Shown: one piece after another, positions 1 through 13,616 of the stretch
Position numbering within the stretch: the first letter of the stretch is position 1
How the letters are laid out: each line of letters starts with the position of its first letter
From: Ptychomitrium polyphyllum
Taxonomy: Eukaryota
Assembly (NCBI GenBank): GCA_973851085.1
Contig: OZ316776.1
Location: forward strand, 10,044,001-10,108,000
Direction of reading: 5' to 3'
Length of the DNA stretch: 64,000 nt
The notes under the pieces: model-generated
Database searches by the model: none
The model's input: only the letters and a program-made list of their open reading frames with translations
Told to the model about the DNA's origin: nothing
Program-made: the position numbers and the translations under genes

Positions 1-282
1 TATTTACCTTTATCTTTTGTGGTTAAACATGATTCACAATGATGCAATACAGCATGAGATGGATCTTTACAGAATTTCTATTATGTGTCACCCACTAAAC
101 ATGTTTCTTGAAGGTGTGCAAACTCATATCCACTTTGCATCCTAAAGATTGTGACCTACATTAAACATTTATTGAATTCCACAATAGCAGATGCAACATT
201 TGATATGAGACTATGACAAGAATCCGGTCTTTTCTGTAGTTCATTCATTGCACCCATTCTTAACTTTTATGTTAACTTTTAG

Positions 283-888
283 GTGTACTCCACTGATATC
301 ATGTGTGGTCAAGTATATGTTTTCTACATACTTTGTCATGACATACACAAAAGTACTATTTGCAACAGATTCATTTGCAAAGCTTTAGGAGGACCCACTA
401 TTTCAGAATATAACTGTTTGAAGCAGGAGAAAGAAGAATTGCAAACTAGGTTTGATGTTCTCCTCAAGCAACACTTGGAGGCTTGTGAACAGGTATAACT
501 CAGTACCGGTTTAGCTCCATAGGTCACAAACAATTACCTCTGAAGATACCAACACTAGTTCAAAGTATGAACCATATTCAGTATAGCGAAATAGCTTTAC
601 AAGTCCCCATAGAAAATCAACTAACTTTGTACAATATAACTTTGTACAATATAACTTTGTATAATTTGACTATGCAAGTATTAGACTATGCAGGTAAAGT
701 TGTGTGATTTGTATGGATTGAGTTTGAAGACAATGCAAATCTATCTCACCTGGTTTGCCTTGAACTGTGTTTGATTGAAACAGCTCCAACTTCTAGCACC
801 CATGGATGAGGATACATTAGAAGCCAAACTACCTTCAACAAGCAGACCTAGTCAAAGGGCTAGCAAAAAGGGGAGTCTAAAAAAATAA
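283..888 (+). pseudogene. Possible degenerate spliced gene or TE-gene remnant (coiled-coil-like fragment)
   Basis: Exon-like pieces bounded by AG/GT: ...LKQEKEELQTRFDVLLKQHLEACEQ|gtataa (ends ~493) and tatgcag|VKLCDLYGLSLK... (694-888) with an in-frame TGA at 772-774. No family recognised. Confidence 0.25.
622..665. repeat. 15-bp tandem repeat (TAACTTTGTACAATA, ~3 copies)
   Basis: Two perfect units plus one degenerate unit, read directly. Confidence 0.85.
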
Positions 889-2579
889 CCCACTAACATA
901 GTGACTCTCCACATGAGGCACCAAGCCAGGAAGTCAATAAGGTGTGTCAATAAGAATGGAAACCAACATGTACAAAAAAACATTATGCGCATATTGGAAT
1001 CCTGAAACCTGAGATCATTGAGTGGACCATAGATGTATGATACTATAAGTATAGGGCTCCTTAACTTCAACTCTTAAAAGGAGTAAACCTTGCTACAATG
1101 ATACCAAGTTCATTTCCTAATCAATATCTTTATCTGCAGGAGGATAAACGTTCACTTCTATCTTTTTAGTGGACAATAATGTTTTTCCTGTGATAAGTTA
1201 GCATGTTTTACTAATTCTGGTGAAAGTTGGATTGTTTTATCATTTAAAATGATTGGAAAAAATTTAATAATAATTACAAGACGTATTACTAATATCTTAG
1301 GTCTTATACATGTATAGATTACAATGAAGAGCATTAGAATGGATGAAAACTATCCATTTTGTAATATTTAAAAACAACAATCCCATTGCATTAAGTACCC
1401 ATCTTTTAAGTGTAATGAAACATTCAAGTTGAAGAAGTGTTTACAACTTCAAAATGGAGTAGGAATTAGAGTTCATGAGCTTTATTTTGTTAATCAAGTG
1501 GTAATTCAAAATAAGATTTTTTGTGCTTCATGTTGAATCTTGCTAATATAATTTGAAAATCCAAAATACAATACATGGTGAACCATTTTACCGCTTCTTT
1601 TCAATTTTGACTCACATATAATCTAAAAATAATACAAATGACCTACATCAAACTATAAGAAGCTCATTCTTTTGCCAAAAACCATTCACAACAAAATTCA
1701 TTTGAAAAGGAGTTATCATAATTATATAAGTGTGGATTAAAATTTGGTTGTTAATTTTTTATAAAACAGTGGCTTGCTTGTTTCTTAGACATCATTCAAT
1801 GAGTTCATATAAAACTTTATATTTTCTAAATTTAAGTAAAAGATGGATTGATTCAAAAGCATTAAACTAGGGATGCATCCATAATTCAGCCTTAAAATTT
1901 TGTATTAAAGTTTGAATCAATAAAGAATTTAAACATAAGGAATGAATACATTAACCATAACCTTTAAACTATAAAGAATTAAACTAAATTTTAGTTCCTT
2001 TTCCAACTTTCATTAGGTTTTTTGAACATTCTCTAGATTTTCTTGTAATGGGCTCTTGGCTTGCGTTGTATGCATAAGAATTTTTCATTTTATTCACTTC
2101 AATTGCTTTCAAATTTTTTCCTTACTTAATCTAATATGAACTTCAAAATGTCAAACACTAATAAATAAATAATGTACAAAAGTACATGCCAATTTAGAGC
2201 CAAACGTGGTTGCAAGCAGCTCCATGTTGCAATAGCAAGTAATGACTTGCTATTAAACAGCTCAACATGAAGAAACTTGAATTCGAATATTTAGATGGCA
2301 TGTGAAATGTTGAATGAGGCATGCTTCCATCTCAACTTTGCTCAAGTCCCTTTCTTTTAATTTAGATTTATTTGGTTGTGATGTTAGGGGAAAGTCACCT
2401 ATGCAGATTGAAAAAAACAGATCAATATTGAATCAGTTGTTGAAATACTGTTGAATTAATTCAAATATTTTATGAAAATATAATTATGTATTAATTCAAA
2501 TGTTGTAAGTTTTGTGGTTTTCTAACAAAATAACTCTGGAACGTATCTCCACGCCTGCATGCTTCACATGCTCCACACC

Positions 2580-2707
2580 TGCATCATTGGAACTTTCATA
2601 TACTGATTCTGAAAATCGACTTCAACAATAGTACGTCGAGTTGCATCATTGGAACTTTCATATACTGATTCTGAAAATCGACTTCAACAATAGTACGTCG
2701 AGTTGCA
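2580..2707. repeat. Perfect 62-bp tandem duplication
   Basis: Unit TGCATCATTGGAACTTTC...GTACGTCGAGT at 2580-2641 and 2642-2703, followed by TGCA. Confidence 0.95.
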
Positions 2708-3283
2708 AAGCATGCCGCAGGTTGTGCTAGCTCCGTGATCTTGGAAGGCAGAGTTGGGTGTGCGGAATCCAGATGTCGCAAATATAGTGTCATTGTGCAT
2801 TAGCGTGCAAGGGTGTTGCACAGTGGTGCAGGAGTTCCCTCCCCAGGCTTTGCAATCCCCTGTTCGCAGCCATGCAAATTCAACCATACAACCAGTTTCG
2901 TGATTACAGTCTTTCATTCCAAAGCTTCGAAGGTTTCAGCAAGGAACCCCACGATCTCATTTCATCAATGACATACAGTACTCTCTATTACATCTTAAGC
3001 AGTAGAGGTCGTCCGCTGCATTACAAAGCCTTTGTTTCAGTTCTCAATCCCTATTAGTCGCTTAACTCATGTGAATCATAAGGAACAATGTGACCTCGAA
3101 AAGCTGCTCCAATTATCAAATAGGCCCTTCGCTCCCACTACTTTCATTTAAACAGATGCCTTCAGATCGCCATGCACAAGTTCCCTTAAAGCAGAACTCC
3201 GATAGGTGAGATCCATCACGCATTGACCACTGACACAGCGAGCACCCACGCTCCTCAAGTCACGCAATGCAACAAACATCAGG

Positions 3284-3393
3284 GATGAAGTCTGAGGGTG
3301 AATACTTCAAGGGTGAGCATTTCAAGGGTGAGCATGGGATTGCTAGGGCTCCCTTCCTCCATTTGAAAGCCAAATACTCACACCGACTACAAC
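3284..3393. mobile_element. Putative small MITE-like or dispersed repeat fragment
   Basis: AGTCTGAGGGTGAATACTTCAAGGGTGAG matches 18272-18300 at 27/29 nt. There is an internal 15-bp duplication TTCAAGGGTGAGCAT. The right end ACTCACACCGACTACAAC is a loose inverted match to the left end. Confidence 0.35.
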
Positions 3394-3690
3394 CTCCGAA
3401 ATAAGCAACATCAATAACTGACTGACACCGAGACAACAATACTAGCAGGGAGCTAGCATTGACAAGTGCGCAACCACGAATAGCCTTACTAAATACTACG
3501 GCTACATTATAACTCTTGACAGAGCTGAGGTAATTCTGTCACCAACATTCGAAGAATTGCTCACATTCTTGAAGCAAGTGAAAGGGAATTTCATTGCAAA
3601 GAATGAGTAGAGAATGGCTAGCAACAAGCGAAGATGTACAATCGTACCTCCTAACATGTATATTAGTATCTATCTACGGGGAATTCACCA

Positions 3691-4878
3691 TTAGTTGATG
3701 TGGCTGCACTTGCGGCGGATCTCGCCGGTGGGACCCGTAATGACGTTTATCTCGCTCATCTTGATCCAGGCCTTTGCGAAGTTCTTGAAGAAGACGTCTT
3801 GGTTGCTGTTCTCCTGCACGAGGCTACGTGTGCTCATGTCGTCCCATAGCACCTGGTCCGAGACCAGAAGCCCCTTCTTCGCCGCCAGCATGTTGTAGTA
3901 ATTGCTGTCGAACAAGTCGCTGGTGCCGTCCAGGTCGAACTTACGCTTCATCGACCCCGGCTCGCGACACTTCTTCTTCAGTTTCTGGGCAAAATCTTGC
4001 GGGATGTTGGGGTCCACGCCGGACTTGCTCGGATAGTAGTAGATGCGGTTGTCGATGTGCTTGCACGCTGACTCGCCGATGGTGTGCGCGCCCGACAGCG
4101 CCACCATGTCTGCCTTGGTGAGCCCCTTCTGCGCGAAGTTCTCCACCAGCTGATTTGCGTTCATGCCCGCGCCCGGCAGCTGCTTCTCGGGGTCCTCCTT
4201 GCGGGACACCCGCCCATCTAGGCGCCCGCCCCTCACTGGCCACCCCTCGCCGTTTGGGCCTTTGCTCAGCTTCACGCTGTCCCTCGCTGCGTACGCTAGG
4301 ATGTCAGCGCACGACACCACGCCCGGGCACTTCGCCTCCAACGCCGCCTTGATGGTCTCAATCGCGTCGTACCCCTCCAGCCGCGCGTTAGGAGGCGCGT
4401 ACATCTCCGCATCGGGGTAGTTTAGCAGTACCGACGCCTCGCAGCCCTGCAATGAACAAGATATTGTCCCAGATTGTAAAAACCGTACAATGCCTTCACA
4501 AGAATGTGTGTGTAAATGTTGGGAAATCTGATTATTGAAATCGTAAAGACAAATACAGCGACCTTGGCACTCAATTGGGCTAATCATCAGTCCTGACATT
4601 TAAAAACATTGAGAGACACTCACATTACATCCGCAGTCGTGGAATTGCAGGCGGACCAGTACGGCATACAAATCTGGGTCCTGTGTAGCCAGCTGCTTCA
4701 AAGTGTCGAACACGATCATCTCCGCGTCCGGACAGCTCGTCTGGTAGTAGTCATACCTCAAGTCACCCGCCTCCGTGCTCTGCACGCACAACGATGACAC
4801 TAATACCATCACCGCCACTGTAGCCCACTTGAGTCGAATTTGCATTGCCAGCCCAGCCTGCGCCCGCGCCCGTGCCAT
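3691..4878 (-). CDS. Class III secretory haem peroxidase, 2 exons (4878-4624, 4446-3691), ~336 aa; alternative start at 4845
   Basis: Signal peptide; YYQTSCPDAE; distal RLQFHDC; GCEASVLL; CPGVVSCADILAYAARDSV; GRLDG; proximal LSGAHTIG; FDSNYY; GEIRRKCSHIN. All 8 canonical Cys are present. Intron gtgagt...ttgcag at 4623-4447. Confidence 0.96.
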
Positions 4879-5054
4879 GGGTACAGGAGGATATTCAAGC
4901 CCGGCCTTGCAAGCACTTGTCGAACTTGGCAGTACCACAGTCCGGCTGGGCAGTAACGCGGGTGCTACTGCGTTCACATGGGCTCTCCACTCCTGCTGCG
5001 CTGTTCTAAATGCAGATGACGAGGTGCTGTACGAGTGCAAAGCCCGACTCGGCA

Positions 5055-5062
5055 TTATATAG
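5055..5062 (-). promoter_or_regulatory. Candidate TATA box of the peroxidase
   Basis: CTATATAA on the minus strand ~180 bp upstream of the ATG. Confidence 0.5.
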
Positions 5063-7154
5063 TTTCCTCGGGCGGGCTCCTTCTTGACCAGATTCACTAA
5101 GTGGTGGATGCTGTCGACATTGGTGTAACTCAGGTTTGACACACCTTCTTTCCAGTTCCAGCAGACGATTCTGTGATTCCTGGCTACGTCCCATTCATTC
5201 CATCGTCACATAAGCGACGTGCATGGTCATGAATGGTTCGTGGATCGATAAGCTTCTCGTGGATCCATCTCCCTGCATTGGCAATTATCATACATTGATG
5301 TTCGGCACCCACGAAGATGCCAGGAAGCAATGCGAAATCGTTATCGTTTCAGATGATCGCTTCTTTGACAATCGACTTTCATGGTGCAGCTTAGAAATAC
5401 CAGGTCTTGGAGGAAACCACCATCAATGCACGCCCAGGCTGGCATCAGCTGCAAATTGCAATCCCCTATCGCCCACTTGAATCCCCACCTTCCCGGGGGC
5501 ACAGGACGTTGTCGACGTCTAGCTAACTTTACAGCTTATCGACTTCTAGTGGAGCCAACTTAAACTAAAAATCCAACTTATAGAGTTATAAGAACTGAAG
5601 TCTGTGTTGTATGCATGCAGTGCAGTGCAGTGCAGCGTGTAGAGAGAAATCAAATTTTCTCTAACTGACATTCAGCATGTGAAGAACTCCAAATTTAGAT
5701 GCACCCTGGCGAGAAATAAACGTGAACCACCCCAGATGTACGGATCGTTGCACTTTTCAGGTAAAAAACCTCTCGCCTTTACGGTGCCATTTTGGGCTTC
5801 GTGCCGGAGAGCAGCTCAGGTGAAGCCAAATTCTCATCAAGAGAGTGGACCACCTGATACCTCAAAAGGTTGAAGTTGTAAAAAGGGTCTTTCCATCTCC
5901 GCTCGATTGTGGTGATGGTAAAATATTTAGTGCTCACGGAGTGCTCATGCTCGTTTGCCTTTGGTGCAAAGGGCTTTAAATTGCATGTGGTGCCAGGGTT
6001 CACCTATGAGCAAAGTAATGTGGTGCCAGCAGAGGGCCTGTGCGCTGAGTGCGCTGAGCGAGCCTGGGCAAACGTAGGGGATACAGACCCCAGCTCTCTC
6101 TCGGGTGGATATGGCTGGCTAGACTGGCAAGACATCGACGCTACGATCGATCGAGAACTCACCATCCCTCCTTCAACACGGGTTGAATGCAACTCAACAT
6201 TATCTAAGCAATTCGTAGATATAGATGTACACGTGATATAAAATTTACAGTTCTGGCATCCATCCCTCGCGAGGCCGCCCCGATTTCCAGGAAGCACATT
6301 ATTATTGTACTCGACCAAAGAAGTTTTTGCGTATTTATCCCATCGCGGTATGAGCATGGGGATGTCTTGCCCTGGGCTTTCAGTGAGAACGACGTAATCA
6401 TTATGCGAAAAAGATTGTTTACACAGAAGTGACATCACGCACGCCGAAACTCCCTCAAAGATGGACTCTGATAATCTTCATGATTGACGAAAGTTAGAAA
6501 ACGTGTAGAAATGCATTGTGAGAACAGTGGATGCTTCTGGACAGTCATATTCAAATTGGTCCCACTGTAATCATATTCAAAATTAATTTTTTCTCACGCC
6601 AGCATCATCAATTTATAGCAACTCAAGTTCATAAAAAAAATTCTACAACAATGCAGCCAAATGCTAGCTTCAAAATAGATGATGTTTGTCGGTCAGATTC
6701 ATTCCAGATACAAGCATAGAATACATACGATAATCAGAACGCCACATGAACCATGCACCAGAGCCGAAGAAGGGAGAGAAGTAGGTGATGCTTAAAAACA
6801 CCACAATAAGTACTGAATGAAACTCAGGCTACTAAGTATGAACTTGTTCTCATTGTCCTGATTAGTTTTGTTTCTGCGACAAGTTCAATTGAATCACTAA
6901 AGAAATTGTCTTAATGAACGCTAATCTATAAAGCATGCGTCAGGTTGCCGCGCATGCAAAGTTTACCATGTTTGTACAAGTTAATTATGTCTATACGGAT
7001 GTCAGCATTAATCTAAAGGCGACATTGCAGTTAATTCTGGAAAAATGGTGATACGGACATGAGCTGTACCAGAATCTCAACTGCGTTCGACTTCAAGGTC
7101 TTTAACAACTCCACTCTACCATGATGCATTTGCAGTTGGAGTGATGAGCGTGAA

Positions 7155-10100
7155 CTACAAAAGTCCACCCATAGCTTGCTCCAGCTCCCTCACTTTCGCA
7201 ATTAAGAGATCACGGTCTTTTTGAAGCTGTGAAATGGACAACTCACGTTCATCTTCAGCACTTTCGAGCTCTTCCAACATTTGCCGAATGTCTTCAGTCT
7301 CATCCTCTTCTTCAGCAAGAGCAATGGCCTTTCGAATCAATGAACGCACCTGTAATTGCAGATGGGTATTAGAAACTAGCTGAGGGTTTCAGAATGGCGA
7401 GTACAATCCTACTGAATCATCAGAATTGACGATATAAAACTTAGGAGCAGATATTTGCATAAGTTTGCATAAGTTTCTAGAGGGAAACAGAAGTCATATG
7501 TAAGTCTCAGTGAGGAAGCTTTCCTATACACCAAAAAGTTTGTATCCATGGAAAAAAGGTGTTTTGACAAATCGTAATGGCTCCTAAATACTAACTACAC
7601 TAATTAGACCTTTACAAAATCTTAATTGATCCTCAAAAGCGATTCATCTTCTCTCTCTCTCTGGTGTCCCTCATCTCTCTGATTCCCATATAAGAGGAAG
7701 AAAATATCAGTGATAATCCACATTTCCCAGTAATCACTCACGACTCTGTTTATATCCATGCAAGTCAAAGCAAATGCATCTGATCCACATACCTTGCCAG
7801 TATTTCTCTGAAGTTTCGACGTGCCACTTGGGGTAGGTACAACCTTGAGCTGCTCTTCAGAAGAGTTGGTCTTGGGTTGCGTTTCCGGTTGTCTGCGTGT
7901 CACTTGAATGTGAATCTCGCCCTTATTCACACCTTGCAATGGTAGCCACTGATCTAACGTCTGATTTGATGGTAGTCGCTCATATTCCACGTCGCAATGA
8001 CCTATGCTAGAGGTGGGAAGTATGGTATTGTAGTCCTTCACATGAAGCACCAAAGGACTTCCGTCATCTGGAAATTCCAGCGTCTGGTTCCACGATGGGG
8101 TTAAGGTTTTGTAGACAACCTGCAGGGGTAGTAAGAATTACGCAGGTCATATATCTAGATTGAGCAAACTGATAATAAACAAAATGAATTATCACTAGCA
8201 AAAAGATATAAAGAACGGTAAATTGAAGGTCCAGAACTACAAACCGCGGAAAAGAATAGACTATAACTATTACCTTCGTGCGTTTCTTGGTGGCGCCATA
8301 TCGAACACTGACATACGGATCACTAGTCCCTCCCCAGTCAGCCGCTACGAGATCCCGGGCCTCAACCAGTACAATCTCAACAGTGCACCCATCCCCAATT
8401 GAACGTGTTCCATTGTCATTACCATTCTGCATTAAAGTCCATGCCAAGTACCATGTCAACTTGAAGGTTGGCACGTACGTAGCAAACCAGTTTCTGATAT
8501 GAACAAGACAGAGTAACGTAACTATCGGCCATGCCTACAAGCGTGTTGCCAGCAGCGAAATTCACAATCAAACAGAACAATTGACGAAGAGAAGGAAAGG
8601 TAGAAAACTCACTCTGGAAGAAATCGGAGAGAGCTCACTGGCAACAACTTCGATTCTAAGGTGGATTTCTCCCTGTTTAATTTTTTCTAAAGGTACCCAC
8701 ACGTCCTTAGGTGTTGACTCCTCTAGTCCTTGCAAATTCACTCGTGCACTTCCCAAGTTCTCGTCTCCAAACCGGTCAGCATCATAACACTTGATTTTCA
8801 GATACTCTCCTCCACCCACTTCTTGAAATATGAAATCTTGATTCCACGTCGGATTCAGATCCTGGTTCACGGTTTTCGTCTTGCGTATAAGCTGATGCAA
8901 GGAAACAGGAGTAGTTCATAGACGAGAATTAATACATGTTCTTACCTCAACAACATTTCATACCACAATAAAAAATAATGTACTAAGTTATATCCACAAT
9001 TGAGAAGTTCTCAAACAAATACAAAGACGTGCATTTTCAAGAATTCCCTGTTAAAATGAAGATATGACCTCATGGAAAAAAAAAAGAAAAAGAAGAAGGA
9101 AATGCTCACACCTTGCCATAAAACAGCTTCAAATACGGGTCACTTTTCCCAGTTCTGTCCATTGGAGCCAAATTTCTGCCCTCAATCGCAGAAATTCGCA
9201 ACTTTCTACCAGTGTAAGGGCTTATACTTGGCTGAGTCCCAAGTGCGGCCTGCTGCATGTGAATAACATTCGAAGGAGTGTAATTTGCGACTGCTTTTGA
9301 GCCGTCAGAAAACTGCCATTCTTTCAGTATGAGCTTCACGGTCACCTGTCACAAATTGAAATGCACTGATCAGCCAAAGCAAATTGCACGCATTCATAGC
9401 CCCACACTATCTGTACAAAATCCACCTCGGCAGGAGGTAATCAGTTTCAGATCTAAGGCGAAAAGGACCCTACTCTGACATGATAAGAACGTTAACCTTC
9501 CCTTCCTGATGAAGAATGAAGCAAGATGACGAATAAACTTATGGTCACAAGTTTCTTCCTGAAGACTTCACAAGCACTACCCAGCATTTGTTGGTACACG
9601 ATTAGCTTCCAGATTGAAGGAAACTGACAATCTTTTCTGACGTGCAGGGATGAAACCCTCGATCACCATCTAAATGGTCCAACAACTGTCTTAAACAGTG
9701 CTGTAAAAACATGGCAACACCGTCCTCTTCCTCTGAAGACAAGAATTCCGACAAACAATAGACCCTAATAAAAAATACTGATTTAAGAGCTTAGGAGCAA
9801 ACAAGTAATCTTAGCAGTACCTCTCCACTTGATGCGCCTTCAAGTGGGATCGTTAGCTCGATCTCTTTCCCACAATGTTCAACTCGAGAGGCAAGAACAC
9901 TTTGCTCTGGACCCACAGCCCAAAAGATAGTAGAGTCATCGTCCACATACTTTACCTGAAATGTAAAAGGCAATGTAAGAACCACATGCTTCAAATTAGC
10001 CCAATGACAACAGCTGCTTTCATCCGCCGCCATATTGACGTCAGATTCACTAAGAAAGCAGCAGGCCGTTAGAAGTATAAAACTATTCATGCCACTTCGA

Positions 10101-13100
10101 GGTCTGAAGCCACTTCATTTGTGTGCCGATTTTGTCTACTCTCATACTATTAAGAAGAATCACAGCAAGAATACGAATGGAAAGAGTTTGCATATTAATT
10201 CAGTCGTTGTCACCCATGACTGAAAACGCAAGGTGCAAAAAGAAGTTACTAAAAAAATCACATAAAGAAGACAGTATCCACCTTAATCTCACAGCTTCCC
10301 AAGAAATCATATTTGACGCTGTTGTGACGCTGCTTCTCGTACACATTGATGTGTACAGTACCCACATTGTCATGCAAGACCATATCGTAAGTCTCGTTCC
10401 ATACACAAGGATAGGGGCCACTCTGCATTCCTGTCTTGCGTGTCAAATCCTCACACTGTATCTCCACAAACCTCTCGGGTTTCCTGTTCCCAGATCCTGA
10501 TGAACCATGACTGCTATGATTGCCGTGACTGCTCCCATTGCTATTCCCATGACCACTTCCATCACCATTCGCCAACTTTTCACTACTATAGTATCTAGAA
10601 TCTCGGTGATCGATTTTTGCCAGGTCCCGAGCTGAAACAATTGTCACTGAAAAGATGCCCCCTACCGCCTTCTTTTTCAAATCCACAGCAGGGAGTGAGA
10701 AGCATCTCCTTCGAGGCTCCACCATTGTGCGGTTGAGAGTTTCAATGAACAACTTCTCCTGTTTCAATTCGGACACATTGTTGAAACCATTCAGTGCCTC
10801 AGTCCACATCAGAGCATCAGAATGCTCTTTTAATTGCACCATTCTGACAAGAAAATTCTAATGCATTGAGAATGCACAACAGCAGAGAACTTAAATCCGG
10901 AGCACTGACCAGCCAAGATGAGAACATAGGAAGTTCCATTTGAGGAGTTGATTGGTTGCCGGTGCCAAAAGCCACTCCTATTCTGACTTCTGGTGTGTTT
11001 ACAAATGAGTACAGCACAGCTTGACCATCCAGAATAGGCAGCAAGCGTAGCTGAACATCATAACCCACCAAAAATGTCCAAGGAAAAAGGGGTTCAGAAT
11101 CATCGTTGAAATTTAAAATTCAAATGAAAACATGCTGAACATCAATTCTCACAGGAACTGGCAGCCAGAATTGCCAACTGTGTCCATAATACAATTAATT
11201 CAATACGGGCATGAATAATTAAGGGCTGACTATAATTCCCATAACAACATAATGTATCATGGACACCTACGTCACCCTTGACGTGGATGCTATTTATGAC
11301 AATTCGAGCAGTATTTCCACGCAAAGGCCCCGCCAATTGAGCAGCAATGAGCACGCTCATCTCGTTGGTATCCCATTCAAAACCCATGTTCAACACCGGC
11401 TGCAAAAAAAAAACAGTGAGTCAACCTAACAGAGCCTCAGTGCAGAGTTTCTGTTGGACTTTCAATTAAATTAAGAACGGCAAGAACAAGAAAAGGCATA
11501 CATTACACCAGTATGTACTCGGACATATCTAAAATACATATTCCAATGAGACACTATTAATTGATGTATCAAGTTTCACACAAAAAGCAATTGAATAACT
11601 ACCTGCTTGCCCTCCATCGACCAGTATGATCCCTGAAGCCCGAACATCGGTGGAGCTGTTCCCAGCGAAAAATCCTGCACCTCCATATTTAACTGTGGAA
11701 GCAGACAACCACAATAAGATTTCTGACTCTTTCTGCACTGAACCCTATACCGACCACAAAAAACGACTTGCAAGCAGTAATCGACATCACCAATTGCCCC
11801 ATTCTCTACCAGATTCGAGAGAATAGATTCGCTCTGTGAAAACCGTGAAGAAATCAAGGTGTACGAATAGCTTTTAGTATCTTTTCAGAAAATAAATCAG
11901 ATTGGAGAGTGCTACTGACATCTAAAGGCAGCCATAAGAGACCTGCCACACTTGTCTAATTCACCCAACAACCAGAGCAAGCAGTCAAAAATACACTCAT
12001 CTGTTGGTTGAGACTTACAATAGGTCTTGGCCTTCTCTCTTTCAACCGCCTCTGCATGTCATAACAAACATTTCCAAGGAACATGTATTAGAGGCAATCC
12101 TCCTATCACAAGATGTCTAAAACTAGTTTCAGAGCCAAACAAACTAGAGTTCATGAATATTTAACAAGACGTATACTCAAGATTTGCAGGAGAAGACCAA
12201 TAGAAAAAACAATTGGACAACGAAAGAGTGTTTTCAAGATCAGAAGTTCCGGTTCTTAAATGTAAATGAGGGCATGAACTGAGCACGATTGGACACAACC
12301 AGCAGTTGATTTACTCGAATTGATAACAACAGACACACGTTGTTTCTAGAAACAATGGCAAACGCCTGGTAGTACAGTTATAGATTCAGCCATGAAATAC
12401 AACCTGAACGCCGGAAAGCAGTCTCCGAACAAGCTTGGGCTCCATGAAGTTGGGCCAGACATTCATCAGCATCTTGTTGAGCCATTCACAAGGTTCAATT
12501 GGTGTACTTGGCTGTTTTCAGGGAAAAAAAAATACTGTGAATGGGAATGCAACATCTAGTATAGATTCCATACCATCATCATAGACCTCCCAGCACCAGA
12601 ATAGCGGTATAACCCATGCACAATGTCATCATCCTTACACGCGACAGGCCATCTCCAACGTGCTTACATGTATGTATTCATTTCATTAACTGGAAATTGA
12701 CATTGCAAGTTAAACACCAGCTTCTACTATGTCTTACATCTAAAATCAATAAACTATACAGGTGCCAATTGAGAAACAGACCTGACTGCAAAGTATGTGC
12801 CGTCTCCATCGGTTGTTTAAATCCTCAATTGCGCGTTCACGTCGATACTTGCCGTACTACACACATGGAATTTAATCAGAAACAGTGTCCGCTAAAAAAA
12901 CCTTTTAATATTTACGCCATACTCCATCTAGGTATTAATCCTACCAAACAGATCCAAAAATTCCACATCAAAGTTCAGGAATGAACATCACAACAATAAG
13001 TTCAGCTACGAAAATTCAGTAAGTAATGGACAAACTCTTATTTTCCATCTACTTTTGGTACAAAGCAACCCAGCAGCGCACATGGACTGCTATAATTACC

Positions 13101-13616
13101 GCTTAGTAGACATTGCTATCAGACATCACTGTCAAAACTTTGAAAGCAGCAGCCTTCCCAGATAAAACATCAGCGAGGATTTTAGTCAAAGAATTTAATG
13201 GAAGACTGGAATTAAAATTTGATCGGACCTGAAGGATCGTCAGTCCTTCAAACGTTCTAAAGCTTCAAAAAAATTAGCACACCCAGATTAACAGAGAAGA
13301 TGGGGTTCTATGACGGGCATTAATTGCACGATGAAAATTATAAATCGACCACAACTAGGGCATTCAGAAGAATCCAAGGCTAGTACATGTAATCCAAATC
13401 AAGAATACCAAACCACATAGTGTCTACCTGAAGAGATGCCCAGACGGTAACAAATACGGGAACCCAATTGGAGAAGGATATAATCCAGCGTTCCAAAAGC
13501 CAAGCGAGTAGAAATACAGGGATCAAATAGGGCAAAACTGGTTTCTCATGAACGAGATGAGCCCAGAGCTCCTTCGCTTCTTTGGTAGCGCCACCCATCA
13601 GCGACTGTCTCGCCAT
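7155..13616 (-). CDS. SYT6: Synaptotagmin-like SMP + 3xC2 protein (SYT6/SYTF/NTMC2T3 type), 14 coding exons, ~854 aa
   Basis: Exons 13616-13428, 12856-12782, 12511-12404, 12051-12019, 11692-11603, 11399-11271, 11050-10910, 10758-10282, 9955-9821, 9345-9112, 8891-8613, 8426-8274, 8119-7793, 7349-7155; all GT-AG, all phase 0. N-terminal TM (ERWIISFSNWVP), SMP start (EPCEWLNK), C2 motifs (GKSDPYLKL; EARDLVAADWGGTSDPYV) and a C-terminal coiled coil, as recalled for Arabidopsis SYT6. Confidence 0.92.

Noticed and set aside
5909..6438. 110-aa (+) and 144-aa (-) ORFs between the peroxidase and SYT6
   Set aside because: No recognisable motif or supporting splice structure; the lengths are compatible with chance.
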